64,000 nucleotides of DNA. Source: a virus (taxonomy: Duplodnaviria > Caudoviricetes). The stretch lies in IMG/VR virus record IMGVR_UViG_2571042804_000002, positions 4,662 through 68,661 of that record; one strand, given 5' to 3'. Numbering within the stretch: the stretch's first letter is position 1; every line of letters begins with the position of its first letter. Positions 11,201 through 20,052 of the stretch are shown piece after piece. A program made the translations under genes and the position numbers. The notes beneath the pieces were generated by a model, which was given only the letters and a program-made list of their open reading frames with translations, had not been told where the DNA came from and did not search any database.

Positions 11201-14200
11201 CTTCGTCTATTGAATAAGCATTTCTGTTTCTTTGCATTCTTACTAAAATACGCTCTTGCTCTTTTTCAGTCTTACTCAATTCTTTAACAGTGATGTCACG
11301 TCTTTGATTTTCAAGCTTTTCAATTTCTTTTCTTTCATTTTCTGAAATCTGACCATCACTTAAAGCTTTTTCTTTCAATTCTTTGATTTTCTGATTGAGT
11401 TCTTGCTCTTTTTTAATTCGCAAGTCATTTTTTTCTTTAGTTCTAGTTAAAATGTTTTGCTTTTCTTGTTCATCGAATGCACTATACTTATCAATAAGTT
11501 CTTGAGTTTTTTCGAGTTCCTTTTTATTTCTTTTTTCTATTTCAGCTATAAGGTTATTAGATAAATCCGCTTCAATTTTCAAAAGTTTTTTTGCTTTGTC
11601 TTCTGTTATTTGACCCGAGTTTAAACGTACTTTTTCCATGATTCTGTTGTTCTCTTCAGAATAGTGTACGTATTTTTCTAAAGCTTTTTCTGTTTCTTTT
11701 GAAACACCTTTCCCCAACACTTTTACAGTATCAGATGCTTTTTTAGAAGCTGTGCCCATGGTTTGCATAAATCCTTTAAACTTGTTGACTCCTACTTTCA
11801 GAAGGTCATCGTCACTCAAAGATTTATAACCATCTTTCATATCCTTTGAAAACTTTTCTTTGAAGCTTTTGCCTATACTTCCAAGATAATTTTTAAACTC
11901 TCCTAGCTTCCTAACAGCACCGCCAATAATTTTGCCACCAAAAAACTTTATAGTTTCTCCTAAACCGTTAATACCGTTTCTGAACCATTCCACACGATCA
12001 TATGCGGTTTTAAAAACTTTATATGCAATTGTAATAGCAGTTATTGTAGCACCTATAGGTCCTGTTAAAAACTTTAAGGCTACACCAGCAAATCTTGCGC
12101 CTCCACTTACTGCAAATAAGGATTTTGCGGCTAATCCTAAACCGTTTTTCAAAAGTTTGAACGGTAAAATTGCTAGCTTTGCAGAATTTTTCAAAACATT
12201 TATAGGTTTTAAATTAAACAACATAGCTCCGGCTAATCCTTTAAAGCCTTTTGACGTTTTTCCTGTTGTAGAACCAAGAAATAATGTTTGAAGACCTAAA
12301 GATTTCATTGCTTTTGAATTGGTATTAGAAAGAATTGTATTTTCAGCAATGCGTCTATTTAATGATGCATAGCCTTTAGCCGCGCTCCCAACTGCACGTA
12401 TTAATAAGCCACCAGCAAGAACAGCAGGACCAATAGATGCACCAAAAATTGCTAAGCCTACCGAAGCCTTTCTAACCCAACCAGGAAGATGTGTAAATCC
12501 ATCAACTAATTTTGTTAATCCTTCCGCACCTGCTCTAATCATAGGCGTTAAATCTTTACCAACTTCAATTGCTAACGATTCAAAAGCGCCACCTAATTGT
12601 TCCAGAGCACCTTTGAGGTTATCTTTCATCAAATCAGCTGCTTTTTTACTTTCACCATTAGAGTTCTTCAATGATTTGCTATAGCTATTAATTTTATCTG
12701 GACCCGCTTCAATCAAGGCTAAAAATCCACTTGCTGCTTCAGTGCCAACTATTGTAGCCACTGTTGCTAATTTTTGTTCTCTCGTCATGCCTTTCATGTT
12801 ATCTTGGAACTGTCTAATCAATTCGCCCATTCCAACAAACTCACCTTTAGCATCAGACAAATGAATACCTAATTTTTTCATTTCCTTAGCTGTACTTTTA
12901 CTTGGATTAGCTAGCCTAATAAACGAAGCTCTTAATGCAGTACCTGCTTGAGACCCCTCTAAACCTGAGTTAGATAAAACTTCAATTGCTGCAGAAGTGT
13001 CCTCTATTGAAACTCCTAATGCTTTTGCTGGAGTACCTGCATATTTTAATGCATCTCCCATATATTGAATATCTGCAGCACTATCATTTGCTGATCTCGC
13101 AAGTAAATCAGCAACATGATTTGCATCAGATGCTTTTAAACCGAAAGAGTTAATCGCTGAAGCCATTACAGTTGCAGTTGTAGCCATTTCTGCACCACTT
13201 GCTTCTGCTGCGCTGATAACACCTGGCATAGCCTCCATTGTTTGTTTGGCATTAAAGCCTAAAGCTGCCAATTCTTCCATACCTTTAGCAACTTCGTTAG
13301 CACTTTTACTTGTTTTAGCTCCTAAGTCAACCGCTTGATTAGACATGCTTTTTAAGTCTTTACTGCTTGCTTGTGCAATCGCTCCAACTCGAGACATTTG
13401 CCCTTCAAAGTCTGCACTCGTTTTTAATGCTGCACCTAAACCTAAAGTAATCGGTGTAGATACGCCCATCGTCATTGTACGTCCCAGGGAAGTCATTTTG
13501 TCTCCAATAGAACTAAATTTCTTTGACATGACATCCGCTTGACTTGCAAGTTTACCGAAATGACTTTGAGCTATCATTTGTTCTTTGTTAAAAGTCTTCA
13601 TTTCGGATGAAGCTTTATCTATTGAACGCTCCAAATTATTTAAAGCAGCTTTTTCTTTATTAACAGCTGTTTCAGCTTTTGCGACATTAGCGCTATGATT
13701 CTTAATAGTATTGTTTAAATCATTAAATTCTTTTTCTGTTTGCTTTAATTTAGTATTAGTTTTAGCGTAAGAACTTTCAATTTTATCATTTGATTTTGAA
13801 AGATTGTCATTTTGCACTTTTAGTTTTTGAACTTGATTGCCTTCTTGTTTATATTGTTCAACAAGTGCTTTATGCTTAGCGGACTGCTTCTGTACTGCGT
13901 CACTTGCTCTTTTTAGTTGTGCAGTAGTAGCTTGGTTACTATTCTTAAGCTTTTGTTCTGCATCTCTCAACTGTTTAAGTTTTTGATACGCATCTTGTTT
14001 ACGTTGATTTGTACGTTTATATTGATTTTCAGCTTTTTTAAGTTCTGTATTCGATGATTTTAAGGCTTCTTTAGATTTATCAAGAGCTAATTTTTCTTTT
14101 TTATTGGCTTCTACTAACTTTAAATATGCTTTCTCAACATCTTTTACACTGGATTTAGCTTTTTGGTAATTAGCGTTAACTTGTTTAAGCTCATCTTCTA

Positions 14201-14423
14201 CTTGAGAATACATCTTTTTTTGAACTTTAAGCCTATCATTTAACCCCTTAATTCTCGCCTGATATTTTTCCATTGATTTTTCAGACTTATCAAATGCTGA
14301 CAGATTAGCTTTCATTTCACTATTAACAACACCTAATTGTCGCTTTAAACCTTTCATGCCTTCTTGGACACCTAAATGGTCTAATTTCAGCTCCAAGGTC
14401 ATGCCTTCTACTTTTTCATTCAT
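8223..14423 (-). CDS. Tail tape measure protein with C-terminal M23 peptidase and lytic transglycosylase (SLT) domains
   Basis: 2066 aa from MNEKVEG; TP901-type core, Trp-periodic repeats, HYGIDF/HLH (M23), HESGG...GLLQ (SLT). Confidence 0.95.
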   Translation of the reverse strand: MNEKVEGMTLELKLDHLGVQEGMKGLKRQLGVVNSEMKANLSAFDKSEKSMEKYQARIKGLNDRLKVQKKMYSQVEDELKQVNANYQKAKSSVKDVEKAYLKLVEANKKEKLALDKSKEALKSSNTELKKAENQYKRTNQRKQDAYQKLKQLRDAEQKLKNSNQATTAQLKRASDAVQKQSAKHKALVEQYKQEGNQVQKLKVQNDNLSKSNDKIESSYAKTNTKLKQTEKEFNDLNNTIKNHSANVAKAETAVNKEKAALNNLERSIDKASSEMKTFNKEQMIAQSHFGKLASQADVMSKKFSSIGDKMTSLGRTMTMGVSTPITLGLGAALKTSADFEGQMSRVGAIAQASSKDLKSMSNQAVDLGAKTSKSANEVAKGMEELAALGFNAKQTMEAMPGVISAAEASGAEMATTATVMASAINSFGLKASDANHVADLLARSANDSAADIQYMGDALKYAGTPAKALGVSIEDTSAAIEVLSNSGLEGSQAGTALRASFIRLANPSKSTAKEMKKLGIHLSDAKGEFVGMGELIRQFQDNMKGMTREQKLATVATIVGTEAASGFLALIEAGPDKINSYSKSLKNSNGESKKAADLMKDNLKGALEQLGGAFESLAIEVGKDLTPMIRAGAEGLTKLVDGFTHLPGWVRKASVGLAIFGASIGPAVLAGGLLIRAVGSAAKGYASLNRRIAENTILSNTNSKAMKSLGLQTLFLGSTTGKTSKGFKGLAGAMLFNLKPINVLKNSAKLAILPFKLLKNGLGLAAKSLFAVSGGARFAGVALKFLTGPIGATITAITIAYKVFKTAYDRVEWFRNGINGLGETIKFFGGKIIGGAVRKLGEFKNYLGSIGKSFKEKFSKDMKDGYKSLSDDDLLKVGVNKFKGFMQTMGTASKKASDTVKVLGKGVSKETEKALEKYVHYSEENNRIMEKVRLNSGQITEDKAKKLLKIEADLSNNLIAEIEKRNKKELEKTQELIDKYSAFDEQEKQNILTRTKEKNDLRIKKEQELNQKIKELKEKALSDGQISENERKEIEKLENQRRDITVKELSKTEKEQERILVRMQRNRNAYSIDEASKAIKEAEKARKARKKEVDKQYEDDVIAIKNNVNLSKSEKDKLLAIADQRHKDEVRKAKSKKDAVVDVVKKQNKDIDKEMDLSSGRVYKNTEKWWNGLKSWWSNFREDQKKKSDKYAKEQEETARRNRENIKKWFGNAWDGVKTKTGEAFSKMGRNANHFGGEMKKMWSGIKGIPSKLSSSWSSAKSSVGYHTKAIANSTGKWFGKAWQSVKSTTGSIYNQTKQKYSDASDKAWAHSKSIWRGTSKWFSNAYKSAKGWLTDMANKSRSKWDNISSTAWSNAKSVWKGTSKWFSNSYKSLKGWTGDMYSRAHDRFDAISSSAWSNAKSVFNGFRKWLSKTYDWIRDIGKDMGRAAADLGKNVANKAIGGLNSMIGGINKISKAITDKNLIKPIPTLSTGTLAGKGVATDNSGALTQPTFAVLNDRGSGNAPGGGVQEIIHRADGTFHAPQGRDVVVPLGVGDSVINANDTLKLQRMGVLPKFHGGTKKKKWMEQVTENLGKKAGDFGSKAKNTAHNIKKGAEEMVEAAGDKIKDGASWLGDKIGDVWDYVQHPGKLVNKVMSGLNINFGGGANATVKIAKGAYSLLKKKLVDKVKSWFEDFGGGGDGSYLFDHPIWQRFGSYTGGLNFNGGRHYGIDFGMPTGTNIYAVKGGIADKVWTDYGGGNSIQIKTGANEWNWYMHLSKQLARQGQRIKAGQLIGKSGATGNFVRGAHLHFQLMQGSHPGNDTAKDPEKWLKSLKGSGVRSGSGVNKAASAWAGDIRRAAKRMGVNVTSADVGNIISLIQHESGGNAGITQSSSLRDINVLQGNPAKGLLQYIPQTFRHYAVRGHNNIYSGYDQLLAFFNNRYWRSQFNPRGGWSPSGPRRYANGGLITKHQLAEVGEGDKQEMVIPLTRRKRAIQLTEQVMRIIGMDGKPNNITVNNDTSTVEKLLKQIVMLSDKGNKLTDALIQTVSSQDNNLGSNDAIRGLEKILSKQSGHRANANNYMGGLTN

Positions 14424-14436
14424 ATTAACCTCCTTT

Positions 14437-14664
14437 CTAGCTTCCAAAAAGTTTTCTTAAATCCGTACCTGTAATGACTTTTTGTTCACTTTGTTTTTCT
14501 TCAGTCTCTTCTTTATTCTCTTCATTAAGTATTTCTAAAAGTTTTACATACGGCTGTTTTCTGACTTCAGTTAATGTCCACCCATACTGCTCCATACAGA
14601 AACGTTGTATTTTCTTAATGTTCGATAAAATGTCTTTTATTGAGATTGTTCTTCTGTCTTTCCC
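14437..14664 (-). CDS. gpT-like portion of tail assembly chaperone, reached by -1 programmed frameshift
   Basis: Slippery GGGAAAG at 14664..14658; -1 frame open for 75 codons to TAG at 14437, just before TMP. Confidence 0.8.
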   Translation of the reverse strand, partial: GKDRRTISIKDILSNIKKIQRFCMEQYGWTLTEVRKQPYVKLLEILNEENKEETEEKQSEQKVITGTDLRKLFGS

Positions 14665-14987
14665 ATCTCTTCTGGTTCAGTTTCTGAATCTTCTTCATCT
14701 TCACCATTGATTTCTCGAAATATATCTTGTAAGGCTTTTGTATAAGTTTTAGTACTCATCTTGTTCAGAACATCTTCTTCAGTCAATCCTTCATCTTTAA
14801 ATAAATCTACTAATAACTGTCGCTCTTTTTGTCTCATTTTTGTTGCGTTAGGTGCTTCTTTTTTATTCTCTTGATTTACTAATTCTAAATACTCATAGCA
14901 TTTTTCTGCTTCGCCCATTGTTACATCTTCTTTTGTATAGCTCTCTGTTTTTCCTGTTTTACGATCTTTAATTTCAAATTTAATCAT
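14637..14987 (-). CDS. Tail assembly chaperone (gpG-like)
   Basis: Between tail tube genes and TMP; acidic C-terminus; contains the slippery site. Confidence 0.85.
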   Translation of the reverse strand: MIKFEIKDRKTGKTESYTKEDVTMGEAEKCYEYLELVNQENKKEAPNATKMRQKERQLLVDLFKDEGLTEEDVLNKMSTKTYTKALQDIFREINGEDEEDSETEPEEMGKTEEQSQ

Positions 14988-15010
14988 TGTATTAGCTCCT
15001 TTTATTCAAA

Positions 15011-15036
15011 TAAAAAAGACGCAGATATACTGCGCC
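15011..15036 (-). terminator. Intrinsic terminator after Ig-domain tail gene
   Basis: GGCGCAG-TATAT-CTGCGTC then TTTTTT on minus strand. Confidence 0.7.
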
Positions 15037-15044
15037 TTAAATCC

Positions 15045-15500
15045 CTATCCGTTTGTTACTGTCACTGAAATTTGTCCTGACTTATCGCTTCCATCAGTAG
15101 ACGTAGCAGTGATTACTGAAGTACCTTCAGCTACACCGTGAATTGCTCCTGTATTTTCATCTACAGTAACAAATTCTGGATGTTCACTTGTATATTTCAA
15201 TATTTTATTCGTTGCTGTGCTTGGTGCAATGTTTGGCTCAACATTGTCATCGGTATTTACCATAATTGATTTAGTTTCTGGTGTAAATGATACGCCTGAG
15301 ACTAGAATTGGATTGGTTTTGAATTGAGGTACATCAACTTTACTAGATTCTTTACCATTTTCTTCCCATGCCACTTGGTAAGTACCTTTTGGATAAGTTG
15401 TATCCGCTTCTAAATTAGATAAAGTTACTGACACTTTGCCTTCACCTTGTTCAGAAGCTACGACGTCGTCTCCTTTATAAACCTTTAAAGTTTTAGTCAT
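15045..15500 (-). CDS. Ig-domain virion protein (partial FN3-like N-terminus + Big_2 domain)
   Basis: SVTLSNLEADTTY...YQV (FN3 E/F strands); VSGVSF...PSTATNK...VDENTGAIHGVAEGTSVIT (Big_2); own RBS AAAGGAG. Confidence 0.8.
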   Translation of the reverse strand: MTKTLKVYKGDDVVASEQGEGKVSVTLSNLEADTTYPKGTYQVAWEENGKESSKVDVPQFKTNPILVSGVSFTPETKSIMVNTDDNVEPNIAPSTATNKILKYTSEHPEFVTVDENTGAIHGVAEGTSVITATSTDGSDKSGQISVTVTNG

Positions 15501-15591
15501 AAATTATTCTCCTTTGATTTATTTTGAAAGCCCCTATTCTGCTGAAACTGTTGCAGATTTTGAATTAACTGCTACTTCAACATTTTGGGGA

Positions 15592-16233
15592 TTAGCTGGG
15601 TAACGAACCTGCAGAATCCTCTGAATGATCTTCACTGTCCGTGTATCCAACGAATACTTTTTTGAAGAATTCTGCTTCTCCTTCTTTACCTTCATGATAA
15701 CCGTATACAATACCTTGTGACGTTCCATCAACATCAACTTTTCTATTCATCCAGTCACCTGTTAATTTTGTAGGTTCTGGGGCTTCTGCTTTTTCACCTC
15801 GTGTTTTAAATTCAATTGAATCTAAACTAAAAGTACCTTTAAGTAAGGCTACATATACCGGCTGACCTGTTAAACCATCTTCCGATTCGCCAATTACTGT
15901 TACATACGGTGCTCTTGTATTCTCTCCTACCCAAGATGTACCATTTTTATCTTTAGTACGTCCAATAACTGTGTTTAAATCATCACTTGGAATATTGAAA
16001 ATACTCATGTCAGACTTAACTTCATTAGTACCTTGTTTTTTCATCCATACACGTTTGTTAGATGCAAACATATCTACTAAATCTGGTGCTAAACCTGTGA
16101 TATTTAGGTCAACTGTACCACCTTTTTCATCTTCCCATGTCATGCGTTTAACTACTTTTGTTGCTTCTGGGTTAAAAACTCCAACGTATAATCTTTTAAA
16201 ACCTACTTTATAAGAACCTTGTCCTTCTGCCAT
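15592..16233 (-). CDS. Major tail (tube) protein, phi13 family
   Basis: YKVGFKRLYVG N-terminus; position; strong RBS. Confidence 0.9.
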   Translation of the reverse strand: MAEGQGSYKVGFKRLYVGVFNPEATKVVKRMTWEDEKGGTVDLNITGLAPDLVDMFASNKRVWMKKQGTNEVKSDMSIFNIPSDDLNTVIGRTKDKNGTSWVGENTRAPYVTVIGESEDGLTGQPVYVALLKGTFSLDSIEFKTRGEKAEAPEPTKLTGDWMNRKVDVDGTSQGIVYGYHEGKEGEAEFFKKVFVGYTDSEDHSEDSAGSLPS

Positions 16234-16267
16234 TGCTTATTTCCTCCTTAAAAATTAAAAAGCACAC

Positions 16268-16663
16268 CTATTCGATGCGCTGATTTTTATAATATATATT
16301 TTTGGGTATGCCTTGATATCGTCTCGACATCACATAACGTTTAGTTTCTTCAAAATAAGCATCTAACTGACTAGATGCTTGAATTAAATTTTGTTGATAT
16401 AACAGGTATCTTATTCGTTTTGTTATATCAATTGTTTTCTGATTATTTGAAGATTCTACATCTATTTGAATTAAGTATTCTTCACTGAGATATTTATCAG
16501 ACATAAAGTCTGAAGGCAAATCATAAACAGGTGTAATAACAACAAAGGGTTTGGAAGTTTCAGCGTTTTCAGTGACTTTGTAATAGTATATTCTAGAATT
16601 TATATGTGTTTTGAGCTCTGCATCAGATAATAAAATTCCTTTTATGGTGTTTAATATATTCAT
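16268..16663 (-). CDS. Tail terminator/completion protein
   Basis: Position before tail tube; PFVVI and YLIQIDV motifs. Confidence 0.7.
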   Translation of the reverse strand: MNILNTIKGILLSDAELKTHINSRIYYYKVTENAETSKPFVVITPVYDLPSDFMSDKYLSEEYLIQIDVESSNNQKTIDITKRIRYLLYQQNLIQASSQLDAYFEETKRYVMSRRYQGIPKNIYYKNQRIE

Positions 16664-17065
16664 TTATCTGGCCAACTCCTTTTTTATAATTTCTCTATAC
16701 TTACGTTCGCTAGCAGCTAATGTTTTTGCAATAACTCCAAAACCTCTTGGTGTATATTTTTTTCCATCTCTTGTATAACCATGTTCATTCAAGTGAATAA
16801 TGTTTTTGCGATTCATAGGACCTACCCATTCAATTAAAACAGCCCTTTCTTGACTACCAACTTTTGTATAAGGCTTAGATTTAGTCATTTCTTCTATACT
16901 GGCACCCGTATCTTTAAAGCTCTCGAACTCTTTCTTTAAAGCCTTTATAAAAAATTCAGATGCTTCATTTAAAGCTTTATCACTCTTAGCCTGCATTGCT
17001 TGTTTACCGTATACCGATTCTAATTTATTCAACACTTCAGGTATCCCTTTAATTTCTACACTCAT
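16664..17065 (-). CDS. HK97 gp10-like neck protein
   Basis: SVEIKG...KDTGAS...HLNEHG motifs; position. Confidence 0.75.
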   Translation of the reverse strand: MSVEIKGIPEVLNKLESVYGKQAMQAKSDKALNEASEFFIKALKKEFESFKDTGASIEEMTKSKPYTKVGSQERAVLIEWVGPMNRKNIIHLNEHGYTRDGKKYTPRGFGVIAKTLAASERKYREIIKKELAR

Positions 17066-17394
17066 TTTTCTGATAAAACCACTGTATTATAGCCAATATC
17101 TGGTGTATCAATTCTTATTTCTACAATGTTGAATAATTTATCGGAATATAATGCACTGTCAATTTTAACTAAGTGATTTGTTTGTGGTAGATATTCAGTT
17201 TTAGAAGACCTGACAATTATGGTTAATCCTGATTTTGATTCAGTCGCTTTTAAAATTTCTCTATCTTTCATAGAAGGATTATAAATTTTACAAAAGCAAC
17301 TATACAATTTCATTTTTTCCTCTTCATCTGGATATGGTCCTTTGTTTATATATTGAAAAAAATACGCGCGATCTTTAAATTCATTAAATTCCAT
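17062..17394 (-). CDS. Head-tail adaptor / head closure protein
   Basis: Position and size. Confidence 0.7.
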   Translation of the reverse strand: MEFNEFKDRAYFFQYINKGPYPDEEEKMKLYSCFCKIYNPSMKDREILKATESKSGLTIIVRSSKTEYLPQTNHLVKIDSALYSDKLFNIVEIRIDTPDIGYNTVVLSEK

Positions 17395-17405
17395 TTAAAA
17401 ATCAC

Positions 17406-17684
17406 CTACCACTTTTTTAATTTCAAAATCATTTTTTGCAATCCTTTTTCATTAAACACCTTGCTTCTAGATTGGTCATTTGAGTATCCACGACTTTCAT
17501 AATCTCTTGCAATGATATATTTAATCGCTGTACAAAAAAGCGGGTATTCCAAGTCATCTTTGTCATAATCTGGAACCCCACTTAATAGTAATTCAGACTT
17601 AGCCGATTGAATGAGACCTTCAATTAAATCATTTTCGAAATTATAGTCAATTCTCAACCACAATTTAATTTCTTCTAAACTCAT
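17406..17684 (-). CDS. Head-tail connector (gp6-like)
   Basis: SLEEIKLWLRID...DLIEGLIQSA...YESR motif. Confidence 0.85.
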   Translation of the reverse strand: MSLEEIKLWLRIDYNFENDLIEGLIQSAKSELLLSGVPDYDKDDLEYPLFCTAIKYIIARDYESRGYSNDQSRSKVFNEKGLQKMILKLKKW

Positions 17685-17752
17685 TTCATCACCCCTATTC
17701 GGCTGATATTACAGCTGATTTAGCCTTAGCTGTTACATTAACCTTTTGGGGC

Positions 17753-18916
17753 TTAGCTGGGTAATGGACCTGTATTTTCTTTTGCTTTTGCAATTCTGAA
17801 TGCACTGTCTAATGTACGTTGCTGATCATACCATGCTGTTAATACAAACAAATATTCGCCTTTTTTAACATCTTTATCAGTGTCATAAGTTGTTCCATCA
17901 TAGTTAATTCCAAAATAATTGAAATCTCCCACAATAGGTTTAACTGCTGCATCTGTAAATACTACTGGTTTGCCAAATACTTTTTCTGCTGGTGTGTCAA
18001 AGAAATTTGTTGTTCCATTTGAAAGAACACTAATAATTTTGACATAATCTGCATATCGCATATAAATTGTTGCGTTATCACGGTAATCTTCATGTAAATC
18101 TGCTAAAGCGTTAATAATAGCATCATACATGTCTGCTCCCTCAACTTCTTTAACAGATCCATTATAAAATGACATGTGTTCTAATCCAGATTTAGGACTT
18201 ACTGCTAAGGCATCTTTACGCTCTTTAGCTGCTAATCCTGATTGTAGTGCGTTTTCAACCCAGTTTACTAAATCTACATCTGATCCATGAATTACAGTAT
18301 CTGAAATTGCAGCAAATACTTTGAATTTATTAGTAGTGAACTTGACTGTATCACCTTTTAATTTTAATTCTTTTGCTGTTTCTACGTCTGTAATGAAATC
18401 ATCATCGTCTAAAGTGTATGAAACTCTTGGAATCTCTAAACCTTTAATGTTAGTTAGACGAGCTTTTTCACGTAATTGGTTTTTAGCAAATGGTTCTGAA
18501 ACAATTTCTTTAGAAAGTGTTTTTGGTAAGAGCTTATCTCCACCTGAATCATTACCTGTTGGTAAAGCGTGTAATAAACGTTGTGCCTCCATTGAAGGTT
18601 TTTCAAATTCATTTGGTAAAATCGCGTGACGATAAAACTCTGCCTTAGCTTTAACCATCTTCTCATGATCATTTAAAGATTGATAAGCTTCTCCTGTGTC
18701 TTTAACTTTCGCTTTTTCTTTTTCTTCAATGTCTTGTACTTGTCTTTCAACAATGTTAAATCTTTGTTGTAAGCCTGCTTTTTCTGTTTCTAGTTGTTTG
18801 ATGTCTTCCATATCAATATTTGGATCTGTTGCTTTCTGACTCAACTCATCATTTTTATTTTTTAATTGTTGTCCAATCATACCTAATGATTGTTTTAATT
18901 CATATAATGTCGGCAT
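17753..18916 (-). CDS. Major capsid protein (HK97 fold, N-terminal delta domain)
   Basis: Start MPTLYELK with AGGAGG RBS (upstream ATG at 18961 also possible); coiled-coil N-terminus, VGDF motif. Confidence 0.95.
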   Translation of the reverse strand: MPTLYELKQSLGMIGQQLKNKNDELSQKATDPNIDMEDIKQLETEKAGLQQRFNIVERQVQDIEEKEKAKVKDTGEAYQSLNDHEKMVKAKAEFYRHAILPNEFEKPSMEAQRLLHALPTGNDSGGDKLLPKTLSKEIVSEPFAKNQLREKARLTNIKGLEIPRVSYTLDDDDFITDVETAKELKLKGDTVKFTTNKFKVFAAISDTVIHGSDVDLVNWVENALQSGLAAKERKDALAVSPKSGLEHMSFYNGSVKEVEGADMYDAIINALADLHEDYRDNATIYMRYADYVKIISVLSNGTTNFFDTPAEKVFGKPVVFTDAAVKPIVGDFNYFGINYDGTTYDTDKDVKKGEYLFVLTAWYDQQRTLDSAFRIAKAKENTGPLPS

Positions 18917-18927
18917 TTCATTTCCTC

Positions 18928-19380
18928 CTAATAACTCATTGTCATTTTTAAAATTTCGCATTCGCGTTTAATTTTTTCTCTTTTTTCTTTTTCTTCTAGT
19001 GACATACTTTCTTTAGGTGTTTCAACCAATTCAGATGTATCTACATCATCAATTTTTGTGATTTTGTCTACATCTTTCTTTAAATCTTCCGGGACGTTCT
19101 CGAAACGCTTATACTGCTCTTTAGAGATACTAGCAGCTATTTCATTAGCTCCTAAAACTTCATCTATTAAGCCAAAAGATAAGGCTTCTTCAGCAGTAAG
19201 CCATGTTTCTGCATCTAACATCTGCTTTAATTGTTCTTGATCTAAGTTTTTTGCTTTATCCAAATACGCTGAATTACTAACAGCATCTGTTTTATCAAGT
19301 AAATCCGCTGTCTTTCTTAATTCTTCTGCATTACCTACAGTCATAACCCATGAATTATGAATCATTAAAAAACTATTTTT
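18928..19380 (-). pseudogene. ClpP-type prohead protease, C-terminal part (interrupted by Tn916)
   Basis: KNSFLMIHNSW (catalytic His) ... ETWLTAEEALSFGLIDEV; joins in frame to 37421..37741 to give 257 aa. Confidence 0.93.
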
Positions 19381-19386
19381 GGGTTT
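19381..19386 (+). other. Tn916 coupling sequence GGGTTT (non-native, carried from previous site)
   Basis: Lies between target T-tract and Tn916 end; absent from the reconstructed protease gene, whose native hexamer GTGCAT is at 37421..37426. Confidence 0.88.
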
Positions 19387-19460
19387 AAAAATAGCATAAA
19401 AATCTAGTTATCCGCATAAAAACTGGACTTATCACACTTTATCAAGGTCAAAACCACTCA

Positions 19461-19482
19461 ATTTACTACTAATTTACTACTT
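19461..19482 (+). repeat. Tn916 Int arm-type direct repeats (DR-2)
   Basis: ATTTACTACT A ATTTACTACT T; related copies at about 37245..37280. Confidence 0.75.
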
Positions 19483-19580
19483 ATGAATGAGCTTTGATAC
19501 GACGATTTATCCTTGAAAAGTGAAGATATAAAGATACTTCCAATAAAATTTGAATATTTAATAGGTAGACACTTCAAAAA

Positions 19581-19700
19581 ATGAGGTGTCTATTTTTTTA
19601 CCCGATTTTGAAAGGAAGTGAACTTATGAAAACAAAAAATCAAGAATCAAAAGGTCGTTCCCCACTCTTTAAGACCATCAAACATTCATTCAGCCAATAA
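19581..19700 (+). CDS. Tn916 Orf24
   Basis: 39-aa MRCLFFYPILKGSELMKTKNQESKGRSPLFKTIKHSFSQ. Confidence 0.7.
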   Translation: MRCLFFYPILKGSELMKTKNQESKGRSPLFKTIKHSFSQ

Positions 19701-19722
19701 AAAAGAAAGGATAGGTAAAAAT

Positions 19723-20037
19723 ATGGAACTTAAATTTGTGATTCCCAACATGGAAAAAACATTCGGCAATTTAGAATTTGCTGGCGAGGATAAAGTCGTT
19801 CAGCGAAGAATCAACGGACGGCTAACTGTCTTATCAAGAAGCTATAATCTCTATTCTGATGTTCAAAGAGCAGATGATATTGTGGTGGTGCTTCCTGCTG
19901 AAGCTGGCGAAAAACATTTCGGCTTTGAGGAACGTGTGAAGTTAGTCAATCCACGTATTACCGCAGAGGGCTACAAAATCGGCACTCGTGGTTTTACAAA
20001 TTACCTTTTACATGCTGACGACATGATAAAAGAATAA
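19723..20037 (+). CDS. Tn916 Orf23 (YdcP/HelP-like)
   Basis: Recognised sequence and synteny. Confidence 0.9.
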   Translation: MELKFVIPNMEKTFGNLEFAGEDKVVQRRINGRLTVLSRSYNLYSDVQRADDIVVVLPAEAGEKHFGFEERVKLVNPRITAEGYKIGTRGFTNYLLHADDMIKE

Positions 20038-20052
20038 AGAAAGAGAGGAAAA

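Noticed and set aside
8860-14710. Plus-strand ORFs antisense to the tape measure and chaperone genes (and similar antisense ORFs in Tn916, capsid, terL and the host gene)
   Set aside because: Shadow frames of long genes; no RBS or protein-like motifs
15534-15737. 67-aa ORF overlapping the major tail gene as a separate gene
   Set aside because: No RBS; only its last 21 codons look meaningful, as the +1 extension
18928-19365. 145-aa ORF as an independent gene
   Set aside because: It is the C-terminal half of the interrupted protease; the ATG is the internal MIH Met and has no RBS
19387-19465. Outward promoter at the Tn916 orf24 end that could drive capsid/tail genes
   Set aside because: TTGACC/TTGATA hexamers are present on the minus strand, but there is no convincing -10 at 16-18 nt spacing
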